Source: an uncultured Gammaproteobacteria bacterium
Lineage (GTDB): Bacteria > Patescibacteriota > Microgenomatia > UBA12405
Direction: 5' to 3'
Assembly (NCBI GenBank): GCA_964549165.1
Contig: CAZJUH010000001.1
Coordinates: 140,566 to 191,792, forward strand
Length of the DNA stretch: 51,227 nt
Position numbers and translations under genes: made by a program
The notes under the pieces: model-generated
Told to the model about the DNA's origin: nothing
Databases searched by the model: none
Seen by the model: the letters and a program-made list of their open reading frames with translations, nothing else
Shown: positions 27,291 through 36,940 of the stretch, piece by piece
Numbering within the stretch: the first letter of the stretch is position 1
Layout of the letters: the number at the start of each line of letters is the position of its first letter

Positions 27291-28723
27291 TTTATTTTTA
27301 TTCGATAAATTTTCCCATTGGCGGTGAGTACTAAAACAGCCTGATTTTGGTCATCGATCCCAATGTCATTAATTATCATTTTTCCAAAATTATTTTTCCC
27401 TAGAATTCTACCATCTTTATGATAAATATAAACAGTATTATTATCGGCAACATAAGCTAAAAAATTTACTTCTTCACTTGTCTCAAGGTCCTTGTTTGTT
27501 GTTAAACTCGGGATAAAGCTCATTTCGTATTTTTTCTCTTCACCCCGACTATAATGATAGATTTTGCCCGACTTACCCAAAGCCCAGATATCACCATCAA
27601 TCGCCATTCCCGTTGTTTCTTCCCCTAAACTTATTCCTTCTTTGAGCCAGATAATTCCATTTTTCCCACTCAGTTTTTCAATTTTTTGATTGTCATTATT
27701 TAAAGCATAAAAAAGACCATTCCAGCCCTTTATATCGCCAATATTTTTTATCTCTTTAATTTCCATTTCTAGGAGATTATTTCTTTTTATTTCATAAATC
27801 TTGTTTTGATCAAATCCGTAACGCCGGTCTCCATTAATAAATGTTCCGAGCCATAGTTTAATCCGGTCATCGGTAACCATCTTTTCAGTTGACCTATTTT
27901 TAATATCGACGAGGTTTATCTGGCCCAAATCATTACTCCACAAATAGACCAAATTATCTTTTATGGTCATTCCCTTAAATTTTCCTCCTTCAGAAATCAA
28001 AGCAGTATCATAAGCCACCTCGTAATCAATACTCTCTTCCCCGAGTTCCTTTTTAACTCCCTCTATTTTACTTTTCATTGCCAGTAACTCTTCTATATAT
28101 TTTTTATCTGTTATTTTAATTTCACTAATAATTAAATCTGCTTTTTTGGCCAGTTCTAGGGCAGTATCAATATTGATCGTTCTGACTCCCTCAATTTCTG
28201 TTTCTATTTTATTTATCTCTTCTTTTGCTTTTTTAATTTTGCTTATTTCTTCATTTTGGGTTCTTTTTTGATAACCAAAAAAAGTGCCCGCAATTAATAG
28301 ACCCAGAACCACAAAACCCAAAATTAGATTAATTGTTTTATTGCTTTTTTCTTGAGACTGATTTTTTTCTTTTATGAAAATATCTTTTTTGTTATTAATT
28401 ATTTGAAGTTTTATAGCTGCCCCTTCAAAGTTTTCTCTTTTTCCGAGTTTATATTCCTCCTCAGCTATTTTATTGAGTAGCCAAATTTCGTCACCCTCTC
28501 TTACCTGACCAGTGTTTCCATCTATTAATCTGGCGACGATATTGCTTCTTTTTAAAAAAACATTTCCTTCTCCTTCAATCTTGATTTTTATTTTTTCCCG
28601 GTTAAATTCAATCTCAATTATTTTCGTGTTGTTTTCAAGACCTGTTCGATTCACTGACCTTATTTCATTCCACCCGCTTTCTCGTGCTTTTTGCCCGATA
28701 AGCCTCGTTACTCGATGTTCCAT
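27287..28723 (-). CDS. Hypothetical membrane-anchored protein with probable C-terminal beta-propeller
   Basis: Central TM helix, coiled-coil stretch, then short beta-strand repeats. Confidence 0.65.
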   Translation of the reverse strand: MEHRVTRLIGQKARESGWNEIRSVNRTGLENNTKIIEIEFNREKIKIKIEGEGNVFLKRSNIVARLIDGNTGQVREGDEIWLLNKIAEEEYKLGKRENFEGAAIKLQIINNKKDIFIKEKNQSQEKSNKTINLILGFVVLGLLIAGTFFGYQKRTQNEEISKIKKAKEEINKIETEIEGVRTINIDTALELAKKADLIISEIKITDKKYIEELLAMKSKIEGVKKELGEESIDYEVAYDTALISEGGKFKGMTIKDNLVYLWSNDLGQINLVDIKNRSTEKMVTDDRIKLWLGTFINGDRRYGFDQNKIYEIKRNNLLEMEIKEIKNIGDIKGWNGLFYALNNDNQKIEKLSGKNGIIWLKEGISLGEETTGMAIDGDIWALGKSGKIYHYSRGEEKKYEMSFIPSLTTNKDLETSEEVNFLAYVADNNTVYIYHKDGRILGKNNFGKMIINDIGIDDQNQAVLVLTANGKIYRIKIK

Positions 28724-28735
28724 TAAAAAATGATA

Positions 28736-28954
28736 CTACAGAATTGTCAAAGCCAAAAATACCAGTAGGATTGCTCCCAGCAAATGGACATAAGAAACCG
28801 TAATTAAAATGGCATTAAATTTATCTTTAACATTTTTTGACATAGTATTAACTTGCTTGACTACCACTAAAGCAAAAATTAAGTAAATAACCGATCCTGC
28901 TATTCCTAAAAACTTTTCTAAAAAATGAAAAATACTACCGAAATCACCCATCAT
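28736..28954 (-). CDS. Small two-helix membrane protein (DUF5657-like)
   Basis: IYLIFALVVVKQV..M pattern with two TM helices. Confidence 0.55.
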   Translation of the reverse strand: MMGDFGSIFHFLEKFLGIAGSVIYLIFALVVVKQVNTMSKNVKDKFNAILITVSYVHLLGAILLVFLALTIL

Positions 28955-29658
28955 TCGTTTTGTCCTCCTTTAGTTATTCCTTTTTCTTCTCGTAAAAGTT
29001 GCAGTATTTTAATTATTTTTTCCGGATGGGGGACCTTTTCAAAAGTAATATAAGAAATCTCAGCCGCGGTTTGAATATGGATTGTTCCATAATTAAACAT
29101 GGTTTGTCCAAGGCCACTGACCCGAGAAGTAACATCCTGAATCATTGACAGTTTAGCTTCAGAAAATTTTTTATCAAGCAGATTATTAAAATCAATGTCA
29201 ATCACTCTTTTGTCGGTAATGATAAAAACATCAAAATACCAGGAGAGAAAATTTTCAAAAATAATGGCAAAAGTTAGTAAATACCAAACAAGAGTCCCCA
29301 GACTAGCATATTTTGAAGGAATACCATTAATTATTGGGATAAATTTTAGTAAAGCCGGAGCAATTAACATTAAGATTGATATCAATATCCAAGACAGGTT
29401 GGTAAACCAGTGGGGTCTAGCTACCAGCAGTATTTCTTCCCGATTGTCTCTCTCTTCAAAATTAAAAACATCGGGATTTACTAAGATTGAAGACAAAGAA
29501 TGTTTTGTATGTCCCACAATTTCGTATATTTTCTCTTTTAAACTATTTGTTTTTTCTTTATTTATTTTCTCTTCTTTTACCGGGTTGGTGTCATCTTTTG
29601 ATGACATAATAACCTGGTCATCGGGTGCCACCTTATCCAAATCAATCGATCTTGTCAT
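28951..29658 (-). CDS. Bacterial PH-domain membrane protein
   Basis: E.ILLVARPHW, two TM helices, WYFDVFIITDKRVIDI, FNYGTIHIQTA and F.KVPHP motifs. Confidence 0.75.
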   Translation of the reverse strand: MTRSIDLDKVAPDDQVIMSSKDDTNPVKEEKINKEKTNSLKEKIYEIVGHTKHSLSSILVNPDVFNFEERDNREEILLVARPHWFTNLSWILISILMLIAPALLKFIPIINGIPSKYASLGTLVWYLLTFAIIFENFLSWYFDVFIITDKRVIDIDFNNLLDKKFSEAKLSMIQDVTSRVSGLGQTMFNYGTIHIQTAAEISYITFEKVPHPEKIIKILQLLREEKGITKGGQNE

Positions 29659-29662
29659 TTGT

Positions 29663-30172
29663 TTATTTTAACATTTGATTAACTTCAATTAAATCGGCGA
29701 TATTTTTTGCTAAAAATTTTGCTACTCCTCTTTTCGGTAAGTGCAAAAAAAGATGTTTTGTCATTAATTTTTTCTTATTTATTATTAGCTGGGTTTCAAA
29801 AGCAATCCAGTTGTTATTATAAGTTCCCATATTTTCCGTTATTTCAAAAATACTCGGTTCATACATCTCTATTTCCGGCAGACTTAATTCTATTTTTATT
29901 GGTGCCAGGGGATAAATTGACTCTTTTCCATAAACATTTTTTGCCATTGTCTCGATCCTTATTTTTTCTCCTTCACCCCAGTAATCTCCAAGTCCGATAA
30001 TTAAAGAATACTCATCGTTTCGAATGTATTTGTAAGCAAAAGATCTCGGATGCCCAAAAACCACCTGATAATTTATGCCCAGGCTTTGGGGTAAATATCT
30101 CTGTAGTTCACTGTAGGTTCGCCTCGATACATTAGTGCCCCATTGATTACTAAAGGCATAAATTAGGATCAT
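29663..30172 (-). CDS. Pyroglutamyl-peptidase I (C15)-like protein lacking the catalytic Cys
   Basis: IIGLG, IRIE..AKN, GTYNNN (versus GTYVCN) and FLHLP align with C15 motifs. Confidence 0.55.
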   Translation of the reverse strand: MILIYAFSNQWGTNVSRRTYSELQRYLPQSLGINYQVVFGHPRSFAYKYIRNDEYSLIIGLGDYWGEGEKIRIETMAKNVYGKESIYPLAPIKIELSLPEIEMYEPSIFEITENMGTYNNNWIAFETQLIINKKKLMTKHLFLHLPKRGVAKFLAKNIADLIEVNQMLK

Positions 30173-31917
30173 CTCTTTTCCACATTATATAAAGGTCCAA
30201 CAATAGAAATATTAGCCGGGGCTCTTATGTTAAAGAGGCTTTTGAAAGTTGAGCCACTTAGGGATACTTGACCGGCATCTCCGGAAAAAGAAAGCGTATT
30301 TGTTCGTCCCTCTTGCTTGTTCCAATCAGTAACAGAAGCGGAGCTAATTGAATTAAACGGTGTCCCCTCCCGATTTCTCAGTTCTGATTTAACCTTTTCT
30401 GGGTCCCAGGTATCAGTGCAGCCCGAAGAATTATTTTTGAAGCAAAGGTGGTTTTGAATTGAGCTATCTTTTTGATAGAGCAAAACAACATTGACAATAT
30501 CCGCCACTTCGGTGGGTTTTAGCCAAGCGGTTTTATTATATTCGGTTCTGTATCCCTGAGCTGCATAAAAACAAGGCGATTCTCGGTCATAAGCTTTGGC
30601 AAATAAATCATCAAAAGAATTAATATCGCCGTTTGTATCGCGCATTCTTTTTGTCCAGGCAGTTTCTCCTCCCCAGACATCACCTGAAGTAAAAGTGTAG
30701 CCCCCGGCTGTTGAGGCAAACCAGGCCTTAATCGGTTGACCCCCGCTGGTAATTATTTTTCCCTTTGTAGCGTTAACCGCTGCTATCCAGCGGTCATTGT
30801 TCAGTTCTTTTTTAATCACTTGATCTTTTTGGCTGGGATAGAGAAAGCCCTTTTCTCCGTTAATTCTTAAGGCATAAGATCTAGCCGCCATTGCTTGGGC
30901 TTGCAAAGCCGCTTCTGGCCAGCTAGTTGGCATTTCGTATAAATGTTTTAAATATTCTTCAATATTCATCGATTCGTTATTAAAAGTTTGGCCAAATTCA
31001 TTCTTGCCATTAACTTTCACATTTTCCCCTTCTTTTCCGCCACTAATTTCTATATTTTGATAATAAGCCTTGATAATGTCTTCAGCCGATTGACCCGCCT
31101 TGGCCCTCCCCAGGGCTCCGTATTGATTTAAACCGACATGATGGGGGATACCAAAGGTAAAAAAAGCAAAGCCAGTCCCAAAACCCGGATCTTTATTTCG
31201 ATCATCCACACAAGAAATACCCCCCGTACCCGCACTTTTTGGCAAATTTAATCCCGCTATTCTTTGAGCTTCTAAATTAATCAAATCTTGATTCAGTTTG
31301 GCTTTATAAGTTTCTGCTTTTTTAATTTCAGTGCTTAAAAAACCAAATCTATCCTCCATAGATTTTTTTAGAGCTGCCAATTTTACTTTTTGCACCTCTA
31401 AATCTTTTTTGTTTTTATTTAAAATTTCAATTTCTATCGAATAGCTACTAATTACATTTTTATCCTGAGAAATAATCGAATGGTACCAGGTATATTGCTG
31501 CAAAATATTTTCTGTCTTTTGCGATGAAAAAAACATTATCAGGGGTGAGAATTTTTTCGAATCTATATAATATTTTCTCACTCTTTGAAACATTAAAATT
31601 TTTTGAAGCTCTAAATCAGCTTCTTTATCAATTAATTTTTTTCCAAGCTCGCTTACCTGATACTCAATTCCATTAATTTGTTTTTTGGCACTAGCAATTT
31701 TTGTCTGAAGACCGGTTGATTCCATTTTTAGAGGCGCAATTGCTCCCTCCAGTTCTTTTATTTGTTTTGTCACGAGGGCAATACACGGTGTTGGATCATT
31801 TGGATTATTTTTCATACAATCATCAACTGCGTCAGCCAATACTTCTCCCTTTTTCCCCACCAAAAAACACATTCCTAAAAATACAAATATCACTATAATT
31901 TTTATCCTTTCTTTCAC
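30169..31917 (-). CDS. SpoIID/LytB-domain protein with N-terminal coiled coil
   Basis: HHVGLNQYGA, YLKHLYEMP..WP.AALQAQAMAARSYA and WFASTAGG motifs. Confidence 0.82.
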   Translation of the reverse strand: MKERIKIIVIFVFLGMCFLVGKKGEVLADAVDDCMKNNPNDPTPCIALVTKQIKELEGAIAPLKMESTGLQTKIASAKKQINGIEYQVSELGKKLIDKEADLELQKILMFQRVRKYYIDSKKFSPLIMFFSSQKTENILQQYTWYHSIISQDKNVISSYSIEIEILNKNKKDLEVQKVKLAALKKSMEDRFGFLSTEIKKAETYKAKLNQDLINLEAQRIAGLNLPKSAGTGGISCVDDRNKDPGFGTGFAFFTFGIPHHVGLNQYGALGRAKAGQSAEDIIKAYYQNIEISGGKEGENVKVNGKNEFGQTFNNESMNIEEYLKHLYEMPTSWPEAALQAQAMAARSYALRINGEKGFLYPSQKDQVIKKELNNDRWIAAVNATKGKIITSGGQPIKAWFASTAGGYTFTSGDVWGGETAWTKRMRDTNGDINSFDDLFAKAYDRESPCFYAAQGYRTEYNKTAWLKPTEVADIVNVVLLYQKDSSIQNHLCFKNNSSGCTDTWDPEKVKSELRNREGTPFNSISSASVTDWNKQEGRTNTLSFSGDAGQVSLSGSTFKSLFNIRAPANISIVGPLYNVEKR

Positions 31918-31954
31918 TCTTTCATTCTACCATCTGATATACTTTATCCAGTTT

Positions 31955-32659
31955 ATGAAAAAACTTGTTGCCTTAATATTTTGTGCTTTTTTCCTCTTAA
32001 ACATTACTCCTTCTTTTGCTCAAACGGGCACATGTGAGTGTGCTATGGGTAGCGATAATAGGTGGTATGTAGAAACAAACAATTGCGGATCAATGAACCC
32101 GACTAATTGTGACGGGGGTCCTCCAGGTGTTCCCAATAAACCTAATTGTGTGTGTAAGCCATTACCAACAACTCCGTATGCTCCAAATACTTGTGGCTGT
32201 AGCGTATTAGGTAAGCCAACGTGGAGCAACTGCCAAGGCAGTATCCCAAGAGCATCTTGTTATTGGGTAACCGTTCCTTTTGCAGAAGGATATTTTGGTT
32301 GTAAATGCGATCCTGGTTACAAAGCAACACCTACTCCAATTCCTCTTTATAAGCCCGATAGTTATCTTTGCGCCGACGGAGTTAGTGTTGATACCGCTCT
32401 TGGTTGTATTCCGGTCCAAATGGATAAGTTTATCGCTTGGCTGCTCCCGGTTTTATTTAGTATTAGCGGTGGTATTGCCTTTTTACTAATGGTCTATGGT
32501 TTTATTTTGATTACGACCAGTAACGGTGATCCCAAGGCGGTTCAGGGAGCCAGGGAAACAATTACCTCTGCCGTAATCGGACTTCTAATTTCTATTTTTG
32601 CTATTTTTATTCTTCGCTTGGTTGCGGTTGATATTTTAAAAATTCCTGGAATATCATAA
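31955..32659 (+). CDS. Pilin-like protein (CPR TrbC/VirB2-like C-terminus) with Cys-rich N-terminal domain
   Basis: Signal peptide, many Cys and Pro residues, then TALGCIP and GGIAFLLMVYGF..I.T..GDP..V..ARETIT.A..GL. Confidence 0.75.
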   Translation: MKKLVALIFCAFFLLNITPSFAQTGTCECAMGSDNRWYVETNNCGSMNPTNCDGGPPGVPNKPNCVCKPLPTTPYAPNTCGCSVLGKPTWSNCQGSIPRASCYWVTVPFAEGYFGCKCDPGYKATPTPIPLYKPDSYLCADGVSVDTALGCIPVQMDKFIAWLLPVLFSISGGIAFLLMVYGFILITTSNGDPKAVQGARETITSAVIGLLISIFAIFILRLVAVDILKIPGIS

Positions 32660-32970
32660 TGAATATAATATATGCCCTTGAGGGCAAATTACCAGATTAT
32701 CCCGCTGAAGCTGGTTTCAAATTTGCGAATAAAAATCTGGCTGAAATTATCAATCAATTGTTTCCTTATATATTTGGTTTTGCCGGCTTAGCTCTTTTTA
32801 TTATGTTAATTTGGGGTGGTATTACTTTAATGACTGCCGCCGGTGATCCAGCTAAATCCAAAGCCGGCTATGGCAAGATTTCCGCCGGTCTCATTGGTTT
32901 TTTAATTATCTTTGTTTCCTATTTTGTCGCTCAACTTGTTGAGGTCGTCCTCGGTATCAAAATTCTTTGA
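32659..32970 (+). CDS. Small pilin (CPR TrbC/VirB2-like)
   Basis: AGL..F.MLIWGG..LMTAAGDP.K......KI..GLIG pattern. Confidence 0.78.
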   Translation: MNIIYALEGKLPDYPAEAGFKFANKNLAEIINQLFPYIFGFAGLALFIMLIWGGITLMTAAGDPAKSKAGYGKISAGLIGFLIIFVSYFVAQLVEVVLGIKIL

Positions 32971-33027
32971 AACTTTTTTTAATTTCGTTTTTTTTAGACT
33001 TTATGCTTTAGAATTTAGGATTTTTTT

Positions 33028-33738
33028 TTATTTTCCCATTCTCCTCTCTCTTTCTTGATACCAAATTATCACCTTTTCCATTTCTTTCGGGGTAAAATCT
33101 GGCCACAAAATATCGGTAAAATACAATTCAGCGTAGGACATTTGCCAAAGCAGAAAATTACTTAGTCTAAATTCTCCCCCTGGTCTAATAATTAAATCAG
33201 GATCTGGCTGGTTTTTGGTATACAAATAGTCAGAAACTAACTTTTCGTTAATTTTATTTACCGGGATTTTTTCTTTTACAATTTTTTTAATTGCATTAAC
33301 TATTTCATCCCTACCGCCGTAATTTAGAGCCACGTTAAATTGCAATTTTTGTTCAACTACCGACATTTTAATCATTTTTTTTATAGCTTCTTTGACCTTA
33401 AAGGGAAAGGCCTGAAAATTTCCTAGAACAAAAAATTTAATTCCTGATTTCTTATATTTTTCGGCTTTATCTCGAACCATCTTAATTAATAAATTAAAAA
33501 TTCCCATAACCTCTTTGGCGCTTCTTTTTCGCCAATTTTCCGTTGACAGAGCATAAACTGTTAAATTTTTTATTCCTATTTTACGGCAATACTCAACCAT
33601 ATTTTCAAGGTTTTTTGATCCCTCTTCATGTCCCTTGCCGTCAGGTAAATTATGTTGTCTGGCCCATCTCCGATTTCCATCCATAATTATGGCAATATGT
33701 TTTGGAAGATTATTTGGATCGATCTTTCTCTTAATCAT
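33028..33738 (-). CDS. uppS: Undecaprenyl diphosphate synthase
   Basis: HIAIIMDGNRRWA, YALSTENWRR, NYGGRDEI, PDLIIR.GGE.RLSNFLLWQ..Y motifs. Confidence 0.96.
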   Translation of the reverse strand: MIKRKIDPNNLPKHIAIIMDGNRRWARQHNLPDGKGHEEGSKNLENMVEYCRKIGIKNLTVYALSTENWRKRSAKEVMGIFNLLIKMVRDKAEKYKKSGIKFFVLGNFQAFPFKVKEAIKKMIKMSVVEQKLQFNVALNYGGRDEIVNAIKKIVKEKIPVNKINEKLVSDYLYTKNQPDPDLIIRPGGEFRLSNFLLWQMSYAELYFTDILWPDFTPKEMEKVIIWYQERERRMGK

Positions 33739-33775
33739 ATTAGTTAAGTCGAATTATATCCTAAAAGTATTCCAC

Positions 33776-33800
33776 AAAAAATCCCCCAGAGTGGGGGATT
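33776..33800 (-). terminator. Intrinsic terminator after 16S rRNA
   Basis: AATCCCCC/GGGGGATT stem, 5-nt loop, followed by a T tract on the minus strand. Confidence 0.75.
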
Positions 33801-33845
33801 CTTAATATCAGCTTCATTATTAGCCAAATTGTTAGTACCAGAAAG
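33799..33845 (-). other. 16S trailer arm of the rRNA processing stem
   Basis: Complementary to 35497-35547 in two blocks (TTCTTAATATCAGCTTCATT; TTAGCCAAATTGTTAGTACCAGAAAG). Confidence 0.8.
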
Positions 33846-33882
33846 GTTTTGAGTAATCCGCCTCATCGGCGGACAAAACCTC

Positions 33883-35425
33883 AAAGGAGGTGATCCATCC
33901 GCACCTTCCAGTACGGATACCTTGTTACGACTTAACCCTCATCGCTGGATTTACCTTAGTCCCGATAAATCGGGATATTGGGTACCCCCAACTTTGCTGA
34001 TTTGACGGGCAGTGTGTGCAAGAGGCGAGAACGTATTCACCGCACGCTGCTGATGTGCGATTACTACCAATTCCGGGTTCATGCAGGCGAGTTTCAGCCT
34101 GCAATCCCAACTGAGGGCTAGTTTAGGGATTAGCTCCACCTTGCGGTCTTGCAACCCTCTGTTATAGCCCATTGTAGGATGTGTGTAGCCCTGGATATAA
34201 GCATCATGATGACTTGACGTCGTCCCCTCCTTCCTCCTAACAAAATAATGCTAGGCAGTCTTCTGTGACACAATAACACAGAACGGGGGTTGCGCTCGTT
34301 ACCTCACTTAAGAGAACAACTCACGTCACGAGCTGACGATAGCCATGCAACAGCTGTGTACCACCCTCAAAGGATGTCCCGATTTCTCGGGATTTGCAGG
34401 TACATTTCAAACCCAGGTAAGGTTCATCGCTTTGTATCGAATTGAACCACATGCTCCACTGGTTGTGCGCCTCCCCGCCAATTCGTTTGAGTTTCGGCCT
34501 TGCGGCTATACTCCCCAGGCGATCCGTTTAACGCGTTTGCTAACATCCCTCCCTAATAAATTAAAGAAGAACTAACGGACAATGTTTACGGCTAGGACTA
34601 CTCAGGTCTCTAATCTGATTTGCTACCCTAGCTTTCGTCTCTGAACGTCAGTATGTACCTAGTTACCCGCCTTCGCGCTTGGTGTTCTTTTTAGTATCCA
34701 CGGATTTAACCCCTACACTAAAAATTCCAGTAACCCCGATACCACTCTAGTCTTTTAGTATCTTGCCCCTTTCTCCGATTGAGTCGGAGTCTTTGAAACA
34801 AGACTTAAAAAACCGTCTACAGACCCTTTACGCCCAATAAATCCGAGTAACGCTCGTAGCCTACGTATTACCGCGACTGCTGGCACGTAGTTAGTAGCTA
34901 CTTATTCTAGTGGCCTTCATGGCCGCTAAAAAGGAGTTTACAACCCTAGGGTCTTCATCCTCCACGCGGTGTCGCTGCGTCAGACTTTCGTCCATTGCGC
35001 AAAATTCCTAACTGCTGCCACCCGTAGGTGTATGGGCCGTGTCTCAGTCCCATTGTGCCGGACTCTCCGCTAAGAGCCGGTAACCGTCATTGCCTTGGTA
35101 AGCCGTTACCTTACCAACTAGCTGGTAGTAAATAGGCCGTTTTCGTAGTGACTTGCGTCTTTCACCCGTAGGCGTATGGGAAATTACCCCCTCTTTCGAG
35201 GAGCTATGTCCCGCTTCGAAGTACGTTCCTATTTTATACTCACCCGTTTGCCACTACCCTGCGCTCCGCACTGCGTTTGAGCTTCGGAATAGCAGGCTAT
35301 CCATATTTAAGGATCGCATGCGACTCCGTAGTTCCACCGCAAAGTGGAACGAAGGATCGTTCGACTTGCATGTCTTAGGCACACCGCCAGCGTTCACCCT
35401 GAGCCACGATCAAACTCTTAGTACA
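33883..35425 (-). rRNA. rrs: 16S rRNA, stand-alone, with enlarged V1 region
   Basis: AGAGTTTGATCGTGGCTCAG near the 5' end, GTGCCAGCAGTCGCGGTAA, AAGTCGTAACAAGG and 3' GGATCACCTCCTTT; ends approximate. Confidence 0.98.
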
Positions 35426-35496
35426 AACCAAGATATTATGCTTACGCACCATCTTGGTGTAAATTGAAAATGAAATACCGAAATATATCGGTGTCA

Positions 35497-35547
35497 CTTT
35501 CTGGTACTAACGAAATGGCTAAAAAATGAAGCTGATATGTTAAAGAA
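35497..35547 (-). other. 16S leader arm of the rRNA processing stem
   Basis: Complementary to 33799-33845. Confidence 0.8.
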
Positions 35548-35590
35548 CGAAAACAAAATAATTCCCCATCTAAGGGGTAGAGGTATTATA

Positions 35591-36640
35591 TTATAAATTT
35601 TCGATTTGTGCAGTAGGCAAGTTAATTCTTTCGGTTGAAGTAAAAATTGTCTGATACTTTTGGCAAATCTCAACTACAATCTGGCGATGATTTTGGTCAA
35701 GTTCCGAAAAAATATCGTCAAGAAGCAGTATTGGTTTCTCGTTATATTGCTGCTCTAAATAATTTATTTGAGCGAGTCTCAAGGCTAAAACTGCCATTCT
35801 CTGCTGTCCCCTTGAGCCCCAAAAAGCTAAATTTTTGTCTTCAGTTTCAAACTCATCAAAATCAACTGAAAAATCATCTAAATGTGGACCACATTTACTG
35901 TGTCCGGCCGCCAGTTCCAAGGGATATAGTTTTTGTAACTTATCTTCACTAATTGTTGACGCTCCGTAGTTAATTGATAATTTGCTTATTTCTTTATCCT
36001 CATGCTCTGAAAAAAATAAATTTGCCGACTTGACCCAGTTAAAACGGAAACTTTGGATAATTTCCGCGTTTTTTATGAGTGACTGGTCCCAATAAAATAA
36101 TTCCGTTTTTTGAGCTTTACCACTGGCAATTATATCTAAAAGTTCGTTCTTATTTTTTAGAGCCTTATGATATTGAGATAAGGCCGAGGCGTAACGCCAT
36201 TCTATATTGACAAATATTCCATCTAAAAAGTCTCTTCTCCTCCCTGGTGAGCCGTTAATAAGTCTCAGGTCTTCCGGCTCAAAAACAACTATTTTAACTT
36301 TTCCCCAATATTTTGCCCTTGTTTTAATTACTTTATCAATCAAAAAACGTCGTTTTAAACTACCATTTTCTTCTCGCCAAAGCTGAACCTCAACTTCATT
36401 TTCTCCTTGTTTACCAACAACTTTAGCCCGAATGCTACTAATTTTTTCACCCCATTTTATCAGCTGTCCAGAGCCTGACAACCTGAAACTTTTTCCTGAC
36501 GACAAAAAATAAATCGCTTCCAGTAAATTGCTTTTTCCACTGCCGTTTTTACCTAAAATTAAATTGGCTTTTTTATCAAATTCCACCAGTTTTCTGTCGT
36601 ATGACCGGAAATTCTGTAACAAAACCTTGCTAATATACAT
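35591..36640 (-). CDS. recF: DNA replication and repair protein RecF
   Basis: LQNFRSY, GKNGSGKSNLLEAI Walker A, GSPGRRRDFLD, GPHLDD, SRGQQR and PILLLDDIFSELD motifs. Confidence 0.95.
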   Translation of the reverse strand: MYISKVLLQNFRSYDRKLVEFDKKANLILGKNGSGKSNLLEAIYFLSSGKSFRLSGSGQLIKWGEKISSIRAKVVGKQGENEVEVQLWREENGSLKRRFLIDKVIKTRAKYWGKVKIVVFEPEDLRLINGSPGRRRDFLDGIFVNIEWRYASALSQYHKALKNKNELLDIIASGKAQKTELFYWDQSLIKNAEIIQSFRFNWVKSANLFFSEHEDKEISKLSINYGASTISEDKLQKLYPLELAAGHSKCGPHLDDFSVDFDEFETEDKNLAFWGSRGQQRMAVLALRLAQINYLEQQYNEKPILLLDDIFSELDQNHRQIVVEICQKYQTIFTSTERINLPTAQIENL

Positions 36641-36905
36641 CTTCTGCCTATTATAACCGATTCTTACCCAAAATTCTTTATGTCCAGAGACTGTCGGTAG
36701 GTTGGAACCAATTCTTTGCTAACCTAATTTCCATCTACGAGACTCTTAAACCTATTATACCGGAAGAAAAATTAGCCTTGAGTTATATATAATAAGAATT
36801 ACCATTGGTGGAGTAGAACAATAGTAATTTCATATTTCGGGGTAATTGGTCTATATATTAACAGCAACAAACTGAATCAAATATGTGCCTATTTTGTCAT
36901 GTAGG

Positions 36906-36934
36906 TTGACAGATGGTTTCATGGTTGCTACTAT
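36906..36934 (+). promoter_or_regulatory. Sigma70 promoter of the retron operon
   Basis: TTGACA (36906-36911), 17-nt spacer, TG-C-TACTAT (36929-36934). Confidence 0.8.
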
Positions 36935-36940
36935 GATTAT

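Noticed and set aside
33925-35467. Four ORFs of 61-104 aa in the track (33925-34110, 33951-34172, 34345-34575, 35153-35467)
   Set aside because: All lie within the 16S rRNA gene; the V1 expansion has no ORF of its own.
36678-36734. 18-aa minus-strand ORF (MEIRLAKNWFQPTDSLWT) downstream of a TATAAT box
   Set aside because: Too short, no recognisable motif, and it straddles the candidate junction.
36797-36847. Alternative left attachment site (CCATTGGTGGAGTAGAAC, loosely similar to the tRNA end, inside an imperfect inverted repeat)
   Set aside because: Needs a gap and mismatches to align; the GTCCAG junction gives a more coherent empty site. Not excluded without comparative data.
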